Shown one piece after another: positions 1-8,440 of a stretch of DNA of 64,000 nucleotides. The notes under the pieces were generated by a model that saw only the letters and a list, made by a program, of their open reading frames with translations, did no database searches and was not told where the DNA came from. The stretch is taken from positions 45,562 through 109,561 of the forward strand of contig DAHVAJ010000109.1 of assembly GCA_027314705.1 (NCBI GenBank). Reading direction: 5' to 3'. Position numbers and translations under genes: made by a program. Source of the stretch: Acidimicrobiaceae bacterium (GTDB taxonomy: Bacteria > Actinomycetota > Acidimicrobiia > Acidimicrobiales > RAAP-2). Every line of letters begins with the position of its first letter. Positions within the stretch are counted from its first letter, which is position 1.

Positions 1-1247
1 ATCATGTCGGCCGAACGGTCGGTGAGGTAGAGGTAGCCGTCACCGTCCACGTAGCCGACGTCGCCGAGGGTCCGCCAGCCGTGCCGGTCCTCGACCGAGG
101 CCGTCTTGTCGGGGTCGTTGTGGTAGGCGAAGGACCGGCCCCCGGCGAAGTAGACGACGCCGGTCTCCCCGGTGGCCACCTCCTCGCCGTCCTCCCCGAC
201 GATGTGGAGCTCGTCCCGGGGCCGGCCGACCGACCCCGGATGGGCCAGCCACTCCTCGGGGCCGATGAACGACGAGCCGATGTCCTCGGTGCCGGCGTAG
301 TACTCGGAGACGATCGGTCCCCACCACTCCAGGATCCGCCGCTTCACCGGCACCGGGCACGGGGCGGCGGCGTGGAGCACGTGGCGCAGACTGGACAGGT
401 CGAAGGAGCGACGGACCTCGTCGGGCAGGGCCAGCATCCGGGTGAACATGGTCGGGACGAACTGGGCGTGGGTGACCCGGTGGTGCTCGATGGCGGCCAG
501 GCACGCCTCGGCGTCGAAGGACTCCATGACCACGGTGGTGGCCCCCAGGCGGTGCATGGCCATGGAGTACACGAGGGGGGCCGAGTGGTAGAGGGGGGCC
601 GGGGTCAGGTAGACGGCGTCGGCGTCGACGCCCATGGCCGCCACCCCGAGGGCGACGGCCACCGACGGGGCTTCCGGATCACCGGGTCCGCAGTCGCCCC
701 GCGGCTTGTGCACGCCCTTGGGCACCCCGGTCGTGCCCGAGGAGTAGAGCATCTCGCGTCCCTCGCAGGCGTCGGGGAGGGGGGTGGCCGGCGCGTGGGC
801 CAGGACCTCGGCCCACGGCGCGAAGCCGGGCACCGGTCCCCCGGCGGCGATGCGCAGGGGGACCCGGGACAGGTCGAGCCCGGTGGCCACCCCGGCGAGG
901 CCGGCGGTGACGACGAGGGCCCGGGCGCCGCAGTCGTCGAGGATGTACTGGGCCTCGTCGCGCAGCAGGTGGGCGTTGATGGCGGTGTAGTGGAGCCCGG
1001 ACCGCTGGGCCGCCCACGCCGCCTCGAGGAACGCCGATCCGTTGACCATCATGAGGGCCACGTGGTCGCCGGGCCCGAGGCCGGCCCGCCGGAAGGCGTG
1101 GGCCAGCCGGTTGGAGCGCTCGTCGAGCTCGGCGTAGGTGGTGACCGTGCCGGACCCGGTCATGATGACGGCCGGGCGATCGGGGTGCTCCCGGGCCCGG
1201 GCCCCCGGGTGCCAGGGGTGGCCGGTCCCGTCGGCGACCGGGCTCAC
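1..1247 (-). CDS. Acyl-CoA synthetase / AMP-dependent ligase (C-terminal end cut by window edge)
   Basis: Absent from the ORF track because it runs off the window. The reverse-strand frame with codons at 3-5, 6-8... reads HPDRPAVIMTGSGTVTTYAELDERSNRLAHAF...MLYSSGTTGVPKGV...YYAGTEDIG...GWRTLGDVGYVDGDGYLYLTDRSADMI. Candidate GTG start at 1245-1247. The 81..1415 + ORF is its antisense shadow. Confidence 0.85.
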   Translation of the reverse strand, partial: MSPVADGTGHPWHPGARAREHPDRPAVIMTGSGTVTTYAELDERSNRLAHAFRRAGLGPGDHVALMMVNGSAFLEAAWAAQRSGLHYTAINAHLLRDEAQYILDDCGARALVVTAGLAGVATGLDLSRVPLRIAAGGPVPGFAPWAEVLAHAPATPLPDACEGREMLYSSGTTGVPKGVHKPRGDCGPGDPEAPSVAVALGVAAMGVDADAVYLTPAPLYHSAPLVYSMAMHRLGATTVVMESFDAEACLAAIEHHRVTHAQFVPTMFTRMLALPDEVRRSFDLSSLRHVLHAAAPCPVPVKRRILEWWGPIVSEYYAGTEDIGSSFIGPEEWLAHPGSVGRPRDELHIVGEDGEEVATGETGVVYFAGGRSFAYHNDPDKTASVEDRHGWRTLGDVGYVDGDGYLYLTDRSADM

Positions 1248-1434
1248 CGGGCGGCGGGGTGCCGGACCGAGCTGACGCCCGGCGCCGGCCCGGCGCCGGT
1301 GCGGGGCCGGGCCGGGGCGGGCACCGCGGTGCGGGGCGGTCGGGCTCTCCTCGCCGGCATGGGCGCTGCTCCCTTCGGCGTCCGTCGCCCCCCGGCGCGG
1401 ACCTCCGGACTCTAGATCGGTCCGGTGCCGGCCG

Positions 1435-3138
1435 TCAGGGGGATGCGCCGGTGCCGAGACCGCCGAGGAGGCCGCCCCGCCCGGCCGCCACCAGGGCCGC
1501 CCGGAGGGCGGCCCGGCGCTCCGCCGTGAGCGGTGCGTACCGGTCCCCCCGCTCGATCCGCCGCCAGCACGGGTCGGGCGTCTCCCAGCCGTCGGACCGC
1601 AGCGGCGCCTTGTCGATCTTGTGGGTGGCGGTGAGGGGCAGGGCGTCGACGATCCGCACGTAGCGCGGGGCCCACTTGGTGCCGAGGTCGGGCTGGCCGG
1701 AGAGGAACTCGGCGAAGGCGTCCGGGTCGAAGGTGGTGCCCGGCACGAGCTCGAGGGCGGCCATGACCTGGTCGCCGGTGCGGCTGTCCGGCACGGCGTA
1801 GACCGCCGCGGCCTGCACCCCGGTCATGCGGGCCAGGATCCGCTCGACCGGTGCCGCCGTGAAGTTCTCGCTGTCCACTCGGAGCCAGTCGCCGGATCGG
1901 CCGGCGAAGTGGAAGACGCCATCGACGTCGCGGTAGGCGAGGTCGCCCGACCGGTACCAGCCGTCCCGCAGCCGCTCGGCGGTGGCCTCCGGATCGTTGT
2001 AGTAGCCCTCGAAGCCTCCGGCCGGCGTGCGGCCGACCAGCTCGCCCACCGCCTCGTCGGCGTTGGCCAGCCGGCCCCCGGCGTCGAAGACGGCGGTGGC
2101 GCACGGTCGGCCGGTGTCCGGGTCGACGACCGCCACCTCGGCGCCACGCGGCGCCCGTCCCAGGGTGCCCGGGGGTCCGTCGGGGACCGGGTTGAGGATG
2201 ATGGCCCCTTCGGTCGAGCCGTACCCCTCGATCACCGGGACCCCGAAGCGCCGGAGGAACGCCTCCTTGTCGGGTACGGCCGTCTCGGGTCCGAGCACGT
2301 AGCCGAGCCGGTGGTCGCGGTCGTGGTCGGTGGCCGGCGTGGCCAGGAGGTGGGCGACCGCCCGTCCCACGGTGTTGGCGAAGGTGGCCCCGGTGTCCCG
2401 GACGTCGGGGAGGAAGCCCGAGGCCGAGAACGACCGGCGGAGGGCGAGGGTGGCCCCGCTGGTCAGCCAGGGCAGGACCGACGACGAGAGGGCGTTGCCG
2501 TGGAAGAGGGGCATGGCGCAGTAGAGGACGTCCTCGGGGCTGAACGGCATCCGCCCGCCGGCCCGGGCCGCCCGCCCCTGGGTCATGCGCACGGCCTTGG
2601 GCCGCCCGGTGGTGCCGGAGGTGAACAGCAGCAGGTAGAGGTGGTCGGCCCGGGGGTCGGCGCCGACCGGTGCCGGCCGGCGCCGGCCGGCGTCCAGCCG
2701 GGCCCGGTACCCGGGGTCGCCCACCCTCCAGCACGACCCCGTGGCCCGGCCGAGGTCGAGCCCCTCGAGGAGGTGGGCGTGCTCGTCGTCGGTGAGGACG
2801 GCCCGGCAGTCGGTGTGGCGCACGTCGCGGGCCAGCTCCTCGCCCCGGCGGGTCGGGTTGAGCCCCACGATGACGGAGCCCGACAGGGCGGCCCCGGTGA
2901 GGAGGAAGAGGTACTCGTCGGTGTTGTCGAGGAGCACCCCGAGGTGCGGCGGCCCGCCGACCCCGAGCGGGGCGAGCAGCCCGGCCCGGGTCGTCGACTC
3001 GGCCACCACCTCGCGCCAGGACCAGGTCCGTCCCTCGAACCGCAGGGCCGGGCGGGGATCGTCGGTCCGGCGCCGGACGAGCTCGGCCACGGTCGAGGGG
3101 ACGGCGGCCCCGGAACGGGCGTCCCGGTCCCGGCGCAT
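1435..3138 (-). CDS. Acyl-CoA synthetase (FadD-type AMP ligase)
   Basis: 567-aa ORF with ATG at 3136-3138. Motifs: LLFTSGTTGRPKAV, EGYGSTEG, GWYRSGDLAYRDVDGVFHFAGRSGDWLRVDSENF, ATHKIDK. Confidence 0.9.
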   Translation of the reverse strand: MRRDRDARSGAAVPSTVAELVRRRTDDPRPALRFEGRTWSWREVVAESTTRAGLLAPLGVGGPPHLGVLLDNTDEYLFLLTGAALSGSVIVGLNPTRRGEELARDVRHTDCRAVLTDDEHAHLLEGLDLGRATGSCWRVGDPGYRARLDAGRRRPAPVGADPRADHLYLLLFTSGTTGRPKAVRMTQGRAARAGGRMPFSPEDVLYCAMPLFHGNALSSSVLPWLTSGATLALRRSFSASGFLPDVRDTGATFANTVGRAVAHLLATPATDHDRDHRLGYVLGPETAVPDKEAFLRRFGVPVIEGYGSTEGAIILNPVPDGPPGTLGRAPRGAEVAVVDPDTGRPCATAVFDAGGRLANADEAVGELVGRTPAGGFEGYYNDPEATAERLRDGWYRSGDLAYRDVDGVFHFAGRSGDWLRVDSENFTAAPVERILARMTGVQAAAVYAVPDSRTGDQVMAALELVPGTTFDPDAFAEFLSGQPDLGTKWAPRYVRIVDALPLTATHKIDKAPLRSDGWETPDPCWRRIERGDRYAPLTAERRAALRAALVAAGRGGLLGGLGTGASP

Positions 3139-3216
3139 GCTAGGGCCGCGCCGGTGGGCCGGCCCGGAAGGGGAGCGGGACGCCCGGCGCCGCCGGTGCC
3201 GACCCCGGGACCGAGG

Positions 3217-4221
3217 TCACGGCCGGGACGGTCGGCCGGCCAGCGTGTCGACCAGGCCCCACTCGAGGGCGGTGGCGGCGTCGACGGCGTCGACGGCCAG
3301 GGCCAGCCACAGGGTGCGGTGACGCCCGATGCGCCGGGGCAGGCTCACCGTACCCCCCGAACCGGGCAGGAGCCCGAGACCGACTTCGGGCAGGGCGATG
3401 CGGGTGGCCGGGTCGGCCACCACCGTCCGGGCGAAGGCGGCCAGCTCGATGCCCGAGCCGACGGCATCGCCGTGGAGGTGGGCCACCGTGCGGTCGGCCA
3501 GGGCGGCCAGGGTACGGGCCGGGCTGCGCACCAGGCGGAGGAGGTGGGCGGCGGCCGGGTCCGGGCGCGACCCGAACTCGTCCAGGTCGCCGCCGCTGCA
3601 GAAGGACGCTCCCTCGCCCCAGAGGTGCACCGCGGTCACCGACCGATCGGCCACGGCCACGGCCAGGGCCTCCACGAGGCCGTCGCGCATGGCCGCGTCG
3701 AGGGCGTTGCGCCGCTCGGGTCGGCACAGGGTCACGTGGAGCTCGCCGCCGCACCGCTCGGCCCGTACCGCGGGCCCGCCGGACGGGGCGACGGTGCGCC
3801 CGGGCCGCCCCGCCCGCCAGCGGTCGAACTCCGGCGCGCCCTGGAGGAGCCCGTAGGCGGTCGATTCGGCGACCAGGCCGTCGGCCACGGTACGGGTCTC
3901 CCCTCCGCGGAGCAGGAGGGCCAGGACGGTGGCGGCCACCGGCGCCGACCGCACCCGATCGACCACGGCGGCGAGGGGCCGGCTCCCGGGTGCCACGTGG
4001 ACGTCGGCCCAGGGGGCCCGTCGGCCGGGGTCCACGGTGGCGCCGACGACCACGGCCGGCAGCGTGGCCAGGTGGAAGGCCGCCTCGGGGGCGAGCGCTT
4101 CGGACGGCCCGTCGGCGTCGACCACCACCAGGCCGCCCCCGGGACCGGCGAGCTCCTCGTGGGCGTCCCCGGTGGCCAGGAGGCGGGCGAAGTCGCGGCC
4201 GGACAGCGTGGGCACGTCCAC
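3217..4221 (-). CDS. Enoyl-CoA hydratase/isomerase family protein with an extra ~125-aa N-terminal region
   Basis: C-terminal 334 aa of ORF 3217..5049; the rest of that ORF is antisense to the amidohydrolase gene. Crotonase core: ELHVTLCRPERRNALD, GEGASFCSGGDL, GDAVGSGIELAAFA. Start set at GTG 4219-4221 (VDVPTLSG) because a TACCCT hexamer lies 6 nt upstream. GTG 4213-4215 is an alternative. Confidence 0.75.
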   Translation of the reverse strand: MDVPTLSGRDFARLLATGDAHEELAGPGGGLVVVDADGPSEALAPEAAFHLATLPAVVVGATVDPGRRAPWADVHVAPGSRPLAAVVDRVRSAPVAATVLALLLRGGETRTVADGLVAESTAYGLLQGAPEFDRWRAGRPGRTVAPSGGPAVRAERCGGELHVTLCRPERRNALDAAMRDGLVEALAVAVADRSVTAVHLWGEGASFCSGGDLDEFGSRPDPAAAHLLRLVRSPARTLAALADRTVAHLHGDAVGSGIELAAFARTVVADPATRIALPEVGLGLLPGSGGTVSLPRRIGRHRTLWLALAVDAVDAATALEWGLVDTLAGRPSRP

Positions 4222-4227
4222 CGCTGA

Positions 4228-4237
4228 AGGGTACCCT
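4228..4237. promoter_or_regulatory. Palindrome AGGGTACCCT; reads TACCCT (-10-like) on both strands
   Basis: On the minus strand it gives TACCCT-tcagcg-GTG(4221), a leaderless layout for the crotonase gene. It also faces the divergent amidohydrolase gene. Confidence 0.4.
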
Positions 4238-4410
4238 GCCGCGCCGGCCGGCCACGGGGCCCGGGTCCGATCCGGCCGGGGCCGAGCGGCCCCCGGCGGT
4301 CCACCGTTCCCCGGCTCGGCCGGGGGCGCGGGCGACGGGGGAGATGACACCCCTCGGGGGGTCTGGCAGAATCGCCGGGTCGGGCGCGCTGCGTCCCGGG
4401 GGGAGGGCCG

Positions 4411-5706
4411 ATGGAGATCGACCAGATGGTCATGGTGAGCGTCGACGACCACGTCGTCGAGCCTCCGGACCTGTTCGACGGCCGGCTGGCGTCGAAGTAC
4501 GCCGACCTGGCCCCCCGGTGCATCACCAACGAGGACGGCAGCGACGCCTGGCTGTACGAGGGCCAGGTCCTGCCCAACGTGGCCCTCAACGCCGTGGCCG
4601 GCCGGCCCCGGGAGGAGTACGGGCTGGAGCCGACCTCCTTCGACCAACTCCGGCCCGGCTGCTACGACATCCACGAGCGGGTGAAGGACATGGACGCCAA
4701 CGGCGTCCTCGGCTCCCTCTGCTTCCCGTCCTTCCCCCAGTTCTGCGGGCAGCTCTTCGCCCGGACCGAGGACAAGGACGTGGCCCTGGCCATGGTCCGG
4801 GCCTACAACGACTGGCACGTCGACGAGTGGTGCGGGAGCTACCCGGGACGGTTCATCCCGTGCCCCATCCCGGCCATCTGGGACCCCGAGGTGATGGCCG
4901 CCGAGATCCGCCGCAACGCGGCCAAGGGCGCCCACGCCGTCACCTTCTCGGAGAACCCCTCCAAGCTGGGCTGGCCCTCCATCCACAGCGACCACTGGGA
5001 TCCGGTCTGGCGGGCGTGCAGCGAGGAGGACGTCGTGGTGTGCATGCACATCGGCTCGTCGTCCCAGCTGGTGGTGACCTCACCTGACGCCCCCATGGAC
5101 TGCCTCATCACCCTCCAGCCCATGAATATCGTCCAGGCCGCCACCGACCTGGTCTGGTCGCCCGTGCTGCGGGCCTTCCCCGACCTGAAGGTGGCGCTCT
5201 CCGAGGGCGGGATCGGCTGGATCCCGTACTTCCTCGAGCGCATCGACTACAACTACGACCGCCACCACGCCTGGACCGGTCAGGACTTCGGGGCCGAGCG
5301 GCCCAGCCAGGTGTTCAACCGGCACGTGCTCACCTGCTTCATCGACGACAAGTTCGGCATCGCCAGCCGGGACTTCCTGGACATGGACAACGTCATGTGG
5401 GAGTGCGACTACCCGCACTCCGACTCGACCTGGCCCGAGGCGCCCGAGACCCTGGCCCCCAGCCTGGCCGGCCTCACCGACGACGACATCGACCGGATCA
5501 CCCACCGCAACGCCATGCACCACTTCCACTACGACCCCTTCGCCGTGCTCGGTGGGAGGGAGCAGTGCACCGTGGGCGCCCTGCGGGCCCGGGCGGTCGG
5601 GCACGACACCGCCCTCCGGCCCCGGTCCCGGGAGGGCGTGGCCAAGCGGGGCACGCTGGCCACCGACCTGCTCTCGGCGGCCACGTCCGGCCGGTCCGAG
5701 GACTGA
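4411..5706 (+). CDS. Amidohydrolase-2 (PF04909 / ACMSD-like metal-dependent hydrolase) family protein
   Basis: 431-aa ORF with VSVDDHVVEPPDLF..., NAVAGRPREEYGLEP, CYDIHERVKDMDANGV, ECDYPHSDSTWP. Clear paralogue of 33047..34204. Confidence 0.9.
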   Translation: MEIDQMVMVSVDDHVVEPPDLFDGRLASKYADLAPRCITNEDGSDAWLYEGQVLPNVALNAVAGRPREEYGLEPTSFDQLRPGCYDIHERVKDMDANGVLGSLCFPSFPQFCGQLFARTEDKDVALAMVRAYNDWHVDEWCGSYPGRFIPCPIPAIWDPEVMAAEIRRNAAKGAHAVTFSENPSKLGWPSIHSDHWDPVWRACSEEDVVVCMHIGSSSQLVVTSPDAPMDCLITLQPMNIVQAATDLVWSPVLRAFPDLKVALSEGGIGWIPYFLERIDYNYDRHHAWTGQDFGAERPSQVFNRHVLTCFIDDKFGIASRDFLDMDNVMWECDYPHSDSTWPEAPETLAPSLAGLTDDDIDRITHRNAMHHFHYDPFAVLGGREQCTVGALRARAVGHDTALRPRSREGVAKRGTLATDLLSAATSGRSED

Positions 5707-5786
5707 CCCGTCCGGGCCGCGCTCGCGCCGGCCCGGTACCGCCTGCGGGGGCCGACGGGCCTCCCGTCCGAGCAAAGGAAGGCCCC

Positions 5787-7004
5787 ATGGCCAACGCCCT
5801 CTCCGGGTTCCGCGTCGTCGAGGTGGCGGCGTGGACGTTCGTCCCCGCCGCCGGCGCCGTGCTGGCCGACTGGGGTGCCGACGTCATCAAAGTCGAGCAT
5901 CCGGTGACCGGCGACCCCCAGCGCGGGCTCGTCTCCATGGGTCTCATCCCCGGAGGGGACGGCGCCGTCAACTACATCATGGAGCAGCCCAACCGGGGCA
6001 AGCGGAGCATCGGCCTCGACATCGCCACCGAGGGGGGGCGCGAGCTCCTCTACCGGCTGGTCGAGACGGCCGACGTGTTCCTGACCAGCTTCCTGCCCTC
6101 GGTGCGCCAGCGGCTCCGGATCGACGTCGAGCACATCCGGGCCGTCAACCCGGCCATCGTCTACGCCCGGGGGTCCGGCCAGGGACCGCGGGGCGAGGAC
6201 CGCGACAGGCCCGGCTACGACGGTTCGGTCTACTGGGGCCGGGGCGGGGTGGCCCACGCCCTCACTCCGGCGGACAGCGCCTGGCCCATCGGCGGCCGGG
6301 CCGCCTTCGGCGACCTGGCCGGGGGCATGGCCATCGCCGGCGGGATCGCCGCCGCCCTGCTCCAGCGGGCCGTGTCCGGAGTGGCGCCGGTGGTGGACGT
6401 CTCGCTCCTCGGGCTGGCCATGTGGCAGCTCTCGCCGGACATCGTGGCCTCCGGCCTCTACGGGGGCGACCCGATGCCGAAGTTCGACCGGAGTGCGACG
6501 CCGAACCCGCTGGTCGGGAGCTACCGGACCAGCGACGGGCGCTTCATCACCCTCATGATGCTCCAGGCCGATCGGTACTGGGGCGAGTTCTGCACCTGCG
6601 TGGGCCGGTCGGACCTGGCCGACGACCCGCGCTTTGCCGACGGAGCCGGCCGGTTCGCCAACCGGGAGGCCTGTGTGACCGCCCTGGACGAGCTGTTCGC
6701 CGGGCGGACCTACGCGGAGTGGTGCCGCACCCTGGCCGGCCTGTCCGGAGCGTGGGCGCCGGTGCAGATGGCCAGTGAGCTGGTCGACGACCCGCAGGTC
6801 CGGGCCAACGGCTACCTCAGCCGGGTCGACCGCGGCGACGGGAGGGAGTACGACCTGGTGGGCAACCCGGTGCAGCTGGACGAGACGGCCGACGGGCTCC
6901 GCGCCGCGCCGGAGCACGGGCAGCACACCGAGGACATCCTCCTCGAGCTCGGCCTCGACTGGGAGGCCATCGCCGCTCACAAGGAGGCGGGCGAGGTCCT
7001 CTGA
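5787..7004 (+). CDS. Family III CoA-transferase (CaiB/BaiF/Frc; same family as alpha-methylacyl-CoA racemase)
   Basis: AAGGAAGG lies upstream of ATG 5787. N-terminus MANALSGFRVVEVAAWTFVPAAGAVLADWGADVIKVEHP..GDP is typical of the family. The track start at 5397 is an upstream over-extension. Confidence 0.88.
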   Translation: MANALSGFRVVEVAAWTFVPAAGAVLADWGADVIKVEHPVTGDPQRGLVSMGLIPGGDGAVNYIMEQPNRGKRSIGLDIATEGGRELLYRLVETADVFLTSFLPSVRQRLRIDVEHIRAVNPAIVYARGSGQGPRGEDRDRPGYDGSVYWGRGGVAHALTPADSAWPIGGRAAFGDLAGGMAIAGGIAAALLQRAVSGVAPVVDVSLLGLAMWQLSPDIVASGLYGGDPMPKFDRSATPNPLVGSYRTSDGRFITLMMLQADRYWGEFCTCVGRSDLADDPRFADGAGRFANREACVTALDELFAGRTYAEWCRTLAGLSGAWAPVQMASELVDDPQVRANGYLSRVDRGDGREYDLVGNPVQLDETADGLRAAPEHGQHTEDILLELGLDWEAIAAHKEAGEVL

Positions 7005-7008
7005 GGCC

Positions 7009-7032
7009 GGCGACCGACCCCGGGTCGGCGCC
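7009..7032. terminator. GC-rich hairpin between convergent genes (CoA-transferase / P450)
   Basis: GGCGaCCGACcccgGGTCGGCGCC: roughly 9-bp stem with one bulged A and no U-tract. Confidence 0.4.
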
Positions 7033-7043
7033 GCGGGCCGCCC

Positions 7044-8246
7044 TCAGCCGGTGGCCGTGAAGACCATCGGGAAGTGGTCGATCGAGCGGATCGCCGGGGT
7101 GTAGACCAGCTCGTGACCGTCGGCCACCCGGTACTCGGGGATGCGGCGGTGCCACTCCCGGACGGCGATGCGCAGCTCCTGGCGGGCCAGGTGCGAGCCC
7201 AGGCACCGGTGGACGCCGCCGCCGAAGGCGACGTGGCGGTTGACGTCCCGGTCGAAGCGCACCGTCTCGGCATCCGGAAGGTCGGCCTGGTCGGTGTTGA
7301 CCGAGCCGAGCATGATCATGACCCGGTCGTCCTTGTGCACCGGGCACCCGCCGAGCTCGGTGTCGGCCACGGCCACCCGGACGACGCCCATGACCGGGGT
7401 CTCCCACCGCAGCAGCTCCTCGACGGCCGCCGGCACGAGCGACGGGTCCTCCGCCAGGGCCCGCCGGTGCTCGGGATGGGTGGCCAGGTGGGCGAAGATG
7501 CAGTCGAGCGAGGCGGTGACGGTGTCGAGGCCGGCGATGAGGAACAGGAAGCAGATGTCGAGGATGTCCTCGCGGCTGAGGCGGGCCCCGTCCACCGTGG
7601 CGTCGAGGAACCGGCTCAGCAGGTCGTCGTGGCGTTCGACGGCGCGCTGGTCGAGCATCTCGTCGAACGTGGCGTAGATGGCGTCGGCCGTCTGCTGCTG
7701 GTAGTCGAGGCTGGCCTGGCTCCCGAAGGTCTCCCCGATCACGAGGTGGGGGCGGATGATGCCGTCCTTCAGGGTGAGGAGCCGGGGCAGGTCCTCGACG
7801 GGCAGTCCGAGGAGCCCGAGGAAGACCCGGGTCGGGAAGGGCACGGAGAACTCGGTGGCGAAGTCGACCTCGCCGCGGTCGACGAAGGCATCGATGAGCT
7901 CGTTGGCCGAGGCCGTCAGCTGCCCCTCGAGCCGGGCCACCTCGCGGGGGGCGAACAGCGGGTCGAGCAGCTTGCGGAACTTCTTGTGCTCCGGCGGATC
8001 GATCTGGAGGGGGATGAGGGGCCGGGCGTTCTTCAGATCCACGGCGTCGACGTTCGACGAGAAGACGTCGGGGCGACGCAGGACCTCGTCGGCCTCCGCC
8101 TTGCCGGAGACGATCACGCCGACGCCCTCGACGGCCAGGACCGGCGTCGCCTCCCGCATGGCCCGGTACACGGGCTGGGGGTGGGCGGCCATGTCCGGCG
8201 CCATGGACGACAGCGGATCGACGGTGACGGGGCCGGCGCTGTCCAT
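7044..8246 (-). CDS. Cytochrome P450
   Basis: Heme-thiolate motif FGGGVHRCLGSHLA, EELLRWETP (ExxR region) and I-helix FLFLIAGLDTVT. GAGGAG lies upstream of ATG 8244-8246 (MDSAGPV). The track start 8294 is a TTG extension. Confidence 0.92.
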   Translation of the reverse strand: MDSAGPVTVDPLSSMAPDMAAHPQPVYRAMREATPVLAVEGVGVIVSGKAEADEVLRRPDVFSSNVDAVDLKNARPLIPLQIDPPEHKKFRKLLDPLFAPREVARLEGQLTASANELIDAFVDRGEVDFATEFSVPFPTRVFLGLLGLPVEDLPRLLTLKDGIIRPHLVIGETFGSQASLDYQQQTADAIYATFDEMLDQRAVERHDDLLSRFLDATVDGARLSREDILDICFLFLIAGLDTVTASLDCIFAHLATHPEHRRALAEDPSLVPAAVEELLRWETPVMGVVRVAVADTELGGCPVHKDDRVMIMLGSVNTDQADLPDAETVRFDRDVNRHVAFGGGVHRCLGSHLARQELRIAVREWHRRIPEYRVADGHELVYTPAIRSIDHFPMVFTATG

Positions 8247-8325
8247 GGGTACTCCTCGAGGGCGTCCGGTGCGAGCGGTCTCATCTTGGCACAACGGGCG
8301 TGGCCGGGCCCGGCGGGCGGGGGCC

Positions 8326-8353
8326 GTGACCGTGGGTCGCGTTCGCGTAGAGT
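8326..8353 (+). promoter_or_regulatory. Candidate promoter for the 8441 ligase gene: GTGACC -16 nt- TAGAGT
   Basis: The TANNNT hexamer TAGAGT lies in the P450/ligase divergent region. The -35 match is weak. Confidence 0.3.
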
Positions 8354-8440
8354 GGCCGCTCGGCCGGGGCCGCCCGGTCCGGTTCGGACACCGGGAGGGG
8401 GACCGATGGGAGACCGGGTGGGCAGATCGGAGCTGCGGCC

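Noticed and set aside
81-1415. 444-aa plus-strand ORF at the window start
   Set aside because: The opposite strand encodes a textbook AMP-dependent ligase that the track omits because it runs off the window. The plus ORF is G/V/R/P-rich with no motifs.
8247-8440. Biarylitide-type mini-ORF (M-x-Y-x-H pentapeptide gene) or another RiPP precursor upstream of the P450 genes. Also checked at 35392-35578 and 41915-42031.
   Set aside because: I read the regions upstream of all three P450s on the coding strand. No ATG-NNN-TAY-NNN-CAY-stop is present, and no other plausible precursor peptide or RiPP maturase gene occurs nearby.
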